A DNA stretch of 63,436 nucleotides, the filler included, from Reticulomyxa filosa (taxonomy: Eukaryota > Protista > Foraminifera), in assembly GCA_000512085.1 (NCBI GenBank). It is 21 parts of 21 records of this genome, joined end to end, with 100 filler letters (N's around TTAATTAATTAA, not from the genome) between each part and the next. Parts side by side here need not be neighbours in the genome. Positions count along the whole stretch, not along the records: positions 53,867 to 59,245 come from ASPP01020308.1; positions 59,346 to 60,345 come from ASPP01047125.1; positions 60,446 to 62,297 come from ASPP01002674.1; positions 62,398 to 63,436 come from ASPP01025941.1; 17 more parts are not named here. One strand, written 5' to 3'. The notes beneath the pieces were generated by a model that had not been told where the DNA came from, made no database searches, and saw nothing but the letters and a program-made list of their open reading frames with translations. Positions 56,053 through 63,436 of the stretch are shown here, in pieces. Numbering within the stretch: the stretch's first letter is position 1; each line of letters starts with the position of its first letter. Position numbers and translations under genes: made by a program.

Positions 56053-58483
56053 TCATTTACGTACCGCTTTGAAGATCAGCATAAATATTTGGTTTTTTGT
56101 AAGCTGAAGAGTGAAAAACTGGTAATAAAGATATAATTTACTCCAATTTTTGACAACTCGGAAAGAGACTACCATTACGGCTAATGGTATCAAAAGAATA
56201 CATCGGCATGGAAATATGTCCAAAAAGCAAACCAATGTAACATTTGGGAATCCAATGCCAAGTTTGGAAACTTAAAATTTGTTTCAACCGCCAAACACAA
56301 TAATTGATTAAAGAAATAGAAGTAGGGTTAGAGGAATTTTCAGACCCATGTTGATAAGTGTAAGATAAACTGCTTGAGTATCGAAGGATGAGATGCGACG
56401 AAACTGGACGATATTTTCGGACATATTCACTTTTGGTAATATTTAACAATTTTTTGTGCAGCAAGTCATTCCAAATGATAGCAACATGCCATAAACATAA
56501 CAATAAACTGGCAATCAAAGCACTAAATACATAACTGCACATAAAAATCATGGCAAGTAAAAACAAGCGCATAATTGGACATTGAAAAAGTAATAACGGA
56601 TATTGACATCATGACGTTGATATCTTTTGACAACCATATATTCAACATAGATCAACATGAGACCAAAGAAAACACTTAGAGTGATAGTATAGAAAGAATA
56701 CGTGGTTTGAGTATCATCATTCTTATTTCCAGTGTTTGAGCCATTACCACTATTTGCGTTGCTGTTTTCCAAAGAGGCACTCCCAGCAATGAAATCGAGA
56801 TATTTCGTTGGATTGGTTTGAAATTTCAAAGCATAAGCGATGCCAATGATCAGACCGAATATAAACAATACCATTAATGACACCACTAAAAAATCTAGAC
56901 AGCATTTTTTACATCGTCACGTCTGCTTTGATGTTGACTTTGATTTCGAGCATTCTTTTCATCAAACGTCACCACCGTAAGCCACGCGCCCAACCAACAA
57001 ACCAATCCAATGGGTGGCATACATATCTGCCAAGGGTAGCCTTGGATATAGTGATCCGGCAATATCAAAAGCACAAATGTTATTATCATCACCAAATATC
57101 TATTAAAGTTGAGAGAGAGCATTTTTTTATTTTAAGGAGACATAAAAGAAAGTGATCACAATAATAATGGAAAAAAAAAAAAAAAAAAGAACAAAACTTA
57201 AATCCCAACAAAAGGAACCATTTCCATGAGAGATCAACGCATTCTTTGAATGGAAATTGTAGCCATCTTAAGACCGGAACAAAGAGTTCACCACAGTCAT
57301 TTTCACCGAAACCTAAGACCTGTTTGATTTTAAATAAGGAGTGGTACTTATCGAGCGCTTGATGAAATCGATAAATGCAACAAGCAATGTGAGCAAGGGA
57401 CAATAGCATAGCAAACACTAACACGTAGTACCAATGGATGACGTGTCGATACAAATATTGCTTTGACAAATAATTGAAAAAAGAATGGCTGTTTTTATGA
57501 AAGGGGATAATATTGATTAAGAACAAAAACTCCCCGACTAGTGTCAACAGCCATGGCAGTATATTAGGTACAATCGAGAATTGGTTGTCGACATAATCCT
57601 TTAGTTTCTTGCGAAAGTATCGTGCCACCGTATCATAACTGAGTTCGTAGGATATTATTAACGCATACAAATCACTGGGCAAATAATAATCCTCACATGT
57701 ATTGGTTTTTGCACAACCTGTGCCATTACAATTATAGTCACCGTTATGAACTGACCGATGAGAAACGAAAAGGGGTGTCGGAAACGATATGTTCAAGCTA
57801 CTAACTTTTTTTTGTTCAGTCTTTGTTTCATTGTTTTCATTGTTATTATTATTATTATTGTTATCATCGGTATTATTATTATCAACATTGTTATTATTAT
57901 TATTATTATTATTATCGTCATCATTGTCATCATCACCATTGTCGTTGCTGTTGTCTTCATTAATGCTCTCATTTCTGCTATGCTCATGGACGTCATTATC
58001 ATGGATGATATGAATATCTCCATTAGCAAGCAATGGTGTGTCAGTTGCATCTACAATAGCGTTGAGTGAATGGAAGAGCTTGGGCTGAAAGTTGAGATTG
58101 CTTTCCTCGTTTCGCTTTGCTTTTTTTTTGGTATCTTTGGCTTTGCAATTTGATGAGTTGGATAAAAAAGGTTCAATTATGCTTTGCAATTGTGATTGCC
58201 GATACCTGCGAACATAGCACTGTAAAAAATGCAGGCACTGTTGAGCCCCGACATTAGGTTGAATGTCTGACAATATACTGTCTAGTGTCTTCTCGTCGAC
58301 ATATTCTCCATTACCACTGCTGTCCACAAAACTGTCCATTGGCAGTCTCTCTACACTTGAGGTATATTTGTGCTCGTAAATTGACAATGAGTTCACATGT
58401 TCGAATGAACGCTTCTCGTCATCACTACCGTCTTGTGACAGACTCTGTACCCGTTGCAACCAACCACCAACAAACTTGTTCAT
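56053..58483 (-). CDS. Multi-pass membrane protein with Asn/Asp-rich N-terminal region (one intron; 2-3 homopolymer frameshifts)
   Basis: 464-aa ORF followed by hydrophobic ORFs 57122-56895, 56886-56548 and 56572-56138, which join if single bases are added or removed in A/T runs. Confidence 0.6.
57840..57915 (-). repeat. Coding (AAT)n repeat encoding poly-Asn
   Basis: Direct observation. Confidence 0.9.
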
Positions 58484-59399
58484 TTGTTCATTTGTTTTTT
58501 TTTTAATGTTAGTTGCAAATACTTTTTTCTTGTTTTTGAGGAAAGTACATGCTCTTTTTCGGAAAAGGTTAGAGAATCTGATATTTTACTGTCTCTTGCT
58601 TCATCGTGTAACAATTGCGTCATACTTTTTGGCTGTCGCTTCCTTGCCTCCACTTAACACAGTTGAACGATGTCACAACAAAAGCATCAATATTGCGCAC
58701 ATTACGCAAGCAAACAGATAAAGATAATACAAAAAAAGCGGGTATTATCGCCCATTGACAAAAAAAACAAAGTTAGGCATACAGATGGAGAAAAAACTTA
58801 CCGTTCCACCTCGAAAGAACCCTCACGCGGGGTTCTGTTATCATTGACAGCTTCGAGTGACAACCCCGTGTTTTTGAAGTAATTTTTACAATTTCAAATA
58901 AGTTAAAAACTTTGACAAAAGAAATAATGTAATTGGTTATATAATTTTTTTAAATCAATTCGAAGTGGATTTTGGATAAGATAAACCTCGCAACAAATCA
59001 ATCCAAAAAAAAAAACAAACAAAAACGTGCAAACCGATATTTTTGTAGTATTATAAAATCCTTGAAACAAAAGAGTTTATTTCAAAACAAGTAAAGAGTG
59101 AGAGAGATACAATCAAATTAAAAAAAAAAATACAACAAACGGTCCATCAACGCAAAACAAAAGATCAGAAGAAAAAAAAGAAGCTGCATATATAAAATAC
59201 ACACAATTATCAGAAAGAAAAAAAAAAAAAAAAAAAAAAAAAAAANNNNNNNNNNNNNNNNNNNNNNNNNNNNNNNNNNNNNNNNNNNNTTAATTAATTA
59301 ANNNNNNNNNNNNNNNNNNNNNNNNNNNNNNNNNNNNNNNNNNNNGAGTCAAAAAATAGTCAAATTTTTTTACGACTTATTTGTCAATTCTGGTCATTG

Positions 59400-60170
59400 C
59401 ATAAAAAAAAGATTTTACAACTTCTGCCAAGAATGGGAAAAAGATCTACGTAAGCACATGGTGCAAAAACAAAAGATCATACGGACAAACACGAACGAAA
59501 TGAAATATTGTTTGGTATAACAAAATCCATTTTGGAAATACTTATCACACTTTGCATTTGTGTTAGCTGTCAATGTCCAAAAACTTGATAAAGTTTGCAA
59601 ATACTGACTTACTTTGAATTAAAAAAAAGCGTTGTTTTGCATGAGTGCATACTGCGATTTATCCTTTGAACCCGAAACTGACTTTGATGATATGACATAT
59701 TATGCAGCAGAGAAATACAAAAACTTGTTTGATGTCCAATGCAAATACTTTTTGAAGCAAAGCTGGAATAAGTTTGTTTCAACTATACTCATAATCTTTG
59801 CATGCCTTTGGCTATCACTACAAATTGCCAAACAAACAAAGTCATGACAAGACTGCAATATATTATGCTGGACAAATTAACTATTTTATTTGTATTTGCA
59901 AGACAAAGGCAATTTCTGGTCTCATATACTTATACTAGTTGTTGAAGATTGTAATTTTTCGTTTTCGAGAAGTCTGTGTATATTTGGCACCATTTGCCAA
60001 TCGAAAGCTTTGGAGTTGATCGCTACATTCTAGCACTCCGAAGATAGTTTGTCCGAAATATGTCAACGATAGTATTAGCCAAATTGTGCATGATATACAA
60101 CTGTGGTAGCATTGACTTGAGTCACTTACCATTTTATATATAGTCGATGCCACGACTTATAGCTGACTTT
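59400..60170 (+). pseudogene. Second decayed copy of the unidentified family at 45930-46520
   Basis: Shared blocks CxYFLKQSxNxFVS, HLPIExxGVxRY and KYxNDSIxQIVxDIQL. Confidence 0.65.
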
Positions 60171-60480
60171 CCAGATATCTCGTGCTTTGTGCATCATAAC
60201 AGATATTTCTTTAACTTTGCATAGAACATTGACTTAATTTTGTCGATGCAATGCACTAGTCTAAATCAATGAAGATTTTTTTTACCAATCTTTCTTTGTC
60301 TTCTCATATAAAATCATGTATGGAAAAGAGGCAAACAAAAATTAANNNNNNNNNNNNNNNNNNNNNNNNNNNNNNNNNNNNNNNNNNNNTTAATTAATTA
60401 ANNNNNNNNNNNNNNNNNNNNNNNNNNNNNNNNNNNNNNNNNNNNAAAAAAAAAAAACTTTCAATCAAATTATTATTAAC

Positions 60481-61507
60481 TCGAGTGAAATATAAGCATT
60501 TCCTTGAGTATTCACGCCAGGGGCTGTCGAAAAATCTGCTTTCAACACGTATCCGTCTAAGCAAAAAAAAGAACCAAAAAAAAAAAGTTTTAATTTGAAA
60601 GGATTTTTTTTTTTTTTTTTTGGGTAAAATAATCCCTTTTTTCAAATAAATAACAACAATAAATAATAATAATAATAAACTTGTTTGTCGTCTTGCAGTA
60701 GTGGATCCAACTACTCCAACGCCAGTAATGAAAGGTGCACAAAATGCAGGCTTTGCATTGTTGGCGCAATGGAACACGACTGACTTGGCGACCAATTCAT
60801 CTCCGGTGATGTCGCCAAAGGAACTGACTGTAGCCGACAATGTGTTGTTTGCACTCAAATACAACGTTCCGTATTTCCCACTCCAGTCACCCACCTCGCA
60901 GGCATAAGGATTGGTACTGTAGTGTCCACTGCAACTGTATGTCGTGTTGATACATCCCCCTTTTACTTTGCAATACGTATTTCCCGTCTTTGCGCCACAG
61001 GCCGCATAGGGATCTTTTTTTTTTTTTTTTTTGTGTGATTAAAAAACATAATGTGTTTTATTGAAACCAAAAAATTCCTCTCAAAAAAAAAAAAAAAAAA
61101 AAAACAACAAACAAATGTTTGAATCTAACCGTAATGTCCTCCGACAAATGTGGCATTACAAAACGTGTTGACACTGTTGTTCGCAGCGCTGTTCCATGCT
61201 GAGTGTACGTGGTACAGAAATCCTTGTGTTGCATTGCATTGTGATGGCAGACCACTGCTCAGAATCCCCGTTAAATTCACATTTATTGTTATTTGACTGT
61301 CCTGCACTGTCACGGTACCTTCCACACCCCTTTTTTTTTATATAGTTTCACCACGTGTACGTTTCTTTTTTCCTTTCGTTTTTTATCCCTCTTCGGAGGG
61401 GAAAAAACAAAACCAAACGATGATTCGGGGAAGAAAGTGGCTACCATGACATTCGCACCAAAAGCACTGGAAAATAGAAAACTTGCCAAAGCACAAGTTG
61501 TCAACAT
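60481..61507 (-). CDS. Secreted Cu-only superoxide dismutase-like protein (SOD5 type; 3' partial)
   Basis: Exons 61507-61419, 61329-61130, 61013-60681 and 60556-60481 are in phase. Signal peptide; YHVH, GGHYDP, CEVGDWSGKYG, SVVFHC..FCA. Confidence 0.85.
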
Positions 61508-62052
61508 ATCTTCTTTGTAAGTTGTTAGCTTTTTTTCTACAAAACAGATCTTTAATAAGGAGCAGAGAGAGAAAATTCCGCACTTACTGAACTTTTCTTT
61601 CAGACAAAAAAAGTTTTGTTGTATGTTGTGAACAATTGCATATTTAATATAGTGTATATACATTAAAAATATGTTGTTATATTGGCATAAATAACCGTTA
61701 TGCAACAGTTGCATTTTTCTTTTGCTGAAATTTATGGAAAAGAAGATCTTGATATTATGTTTTCATAAATTAGATTTTTTAAATAAAATTTACTATGAAG
61801 TTGTTGGCACGTATTGCTAAAAGCTTGCATATTTTTCGTAATGCCTTAATTGTAATTAGTTGTCCTCTTAATAATTTCTATAATGTTGATGACAAAAGAC
61901 TGCCATCATTTTGGAACCTTGTTGATTTGGATCGCATTAGAAAATTCTGCTTAAACAATAAATTTGAATAAAAAAAGATTCATTCTAAATCAGGAAGTGA
62001 CATTATTCCCATTTTACATTTAAATTGTTATAAACTTATTTATGTTAATGAC

Positions 62053-62297
62053 TCATCCCCACAATCGAATTGTACCATCATAAGAGCATGACACAATAAT
62101 ATTACCATCAGATAAAAAGTAAATTCCTAAAATACTTTCAGAATGTCCTTTTAATTCCTGTATTTGTTGTCCTGACTTCACATCCCACAATCGAATTGTG
62201 TTATCATGTGAGCAAGCAACAATAGTTTGACTATCTGGAGAAAATTGTATTTTTGTTATATGATCATTAGATCCAATTAATTTTTGCATTTGTTTTC
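62053..62297 (-). CDS. WD40-repeat protein C-terminus (5' partial)
   Basis: QFSPDSQTIVACSHDNTIRLWD and LKGHSESI..IVSCSYDGTIRLWG*. Confidence 0.85.
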
Positions 62298-62398
62298 NNN
62301 NNNNNNNNNNNNNNNNNNNNNNNNNNNNNNNNNNNNNNNNNTTAATTAATTAANNNNNNNNNNNNNNNNNNNNNNNNNNNNNNNNNNNNNNNNNNNNT

Positions 62399-62674
62399 CC
62401 AAACACTGTTCAATCTGTTCGACATTCCAATGAGGACGACATAAAGTTTTCTGTTGATCATACTAATTTTTCTGTCGATGAAAAACAAGAAGAATTACAT
62501 TCAGAAAATGGAACTTTGTATTTGTCGAATGACGATGTGAAATTTTGGAAGTGTGTTTTACGTATTGGTGATGATGGTAAAGGTTTATCACTGAAAAACA
62601 GCATTTGGAAGGATGCGAAAGGTTTAACTATGTCCCAAAAGTTTGTTGTGGAACAGCGTGGTGGAAGTTGCTAA
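62399..62674 (+). CDS. C-terminus of a WD40-associated family protein (GLSLK-SIWK-QRGG tail; 5' partial)
   Basis: Open from the contig start: ...KCVLRIGDDGKGLSLKNSIWKDAKGLTMSQKFVVEQRGGSC*. Homologous to the tail at 12110-12230. Confidence 0.7.
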   Translation, partial: PNTVQSVRHSNEDDIKFSVDHTNFSVDEKQEELHSENGTLYLSNDDVKFWKCVLRIGDDGKGLSLKNSIWKDAKGLTMSQKFVVEQRGGSC

Positions 62675-62937
62675 ACAAAATTTTTTTGGAAGGTATATGC
62701 TTCAGCATTGTAAATTGATTTGTTTAACCATTAAGTAAGTACTTGCACTGGTTTTTTTGCCATTACATGAAAATATTCGTTTTGAATTGGAAAAAAAAAA
62801 GAAATTTGAGAATAGTGTGTTCAATTATTCCAAACCAAAAATTTTTTGTTTATTTAATTCTTTGCAGCATATTTTTCGACAAGTTTTGGATATAAATATG
62901 TTTATCAAGCATTAACTTTTTGACTAAGTCACCAGAT

Positions 62938-63380
62938 TTAAATAAAATGTAAAGTTTTCCTTACATTACAAAAACGTAAGAACAAAAATGACACTTGACT
63001 TCGAATAAAGACGTGAGCTTTTTTTTGATTGGTATCATCATTTCTCAAAATATCATAGATATTCCATCCATTGGCATTTGTTCCTTTGCTTTCAATTGAA
63101 AAATTGACCAAATACAATATATTGCATTGCATTACTCAAACTATCCATTCCTTCCCGACAAATCTGTACAAATTCATCTCCAATTTGTACGTTGTGCCAG
63201 TTGATTTCTTCTTCTTCTTTTTCATTGTTTGAATCCATGGTAACCAATGATGCTTTGCTATTATCAATAACAAACCCAGTCATTCCACTAGTTTGTATCT
63301 CAAAGCCATCCATTTGTGCAACTCCTTCACCTTCTTGCACAACTTTGCAATTGCTTTTTTCCAATCCGCTGCGATAGTTG
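62938..63380 (-). CDS. Hypothetical protein fragment
   Basis: ORFs 63364-63092 and 63132-62938 overlap and would join by removing one T at about 63100. Confidence 0.3.
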
Positions 63381-63436
63381 TATTGTATTTGTATTGCTTT
63401 GTGTCAATTTGCTTGTTGATTTATAAAAAAAAAAAA

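Overview
This window is not one locus. It is 21 short contigs joined by an identical 100-nt artificial spacer (44 N + TTAATTAATTAA + 44 N), so adjacency across spacers means nothing. The DNA is AT-rich, intron-rich and eukaryotic. The RING/TRAF-zinc-finger-WD40, caspase-like/TPR, RNF213-like and HEAT families, many pseudogenes and homopolymer/TA-filled short introns suggest a foraminiferan such as Reticulomyxa filosa (inference from memory, no search run). Recognisable genes, mostly partial: a ubiquitin-conjugating E2 C-terminus, organellar-type MetRS, NOP56, VPS53, a divergent CLK/LAMMER kinase, an HPS3-like protein, an RNF213-like fragment, an EF-hand + CLASP/TOG-like protein and a secreted Cu-only SOD-like protein. 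The most striking element is a >1800-aa membrane protein (2411-8241, minus) made of about 30 acidic-hydrophobic-Arg modules, with 11 units at a 363-nt period inside one 4.8-kb exon. Other notable points: introns with GTT donors and poly(A) acceptors, contigs that are mosaics of internally deleted gene fragments, and repeated single-base frameshifts at homopolymers (probably assembly error).
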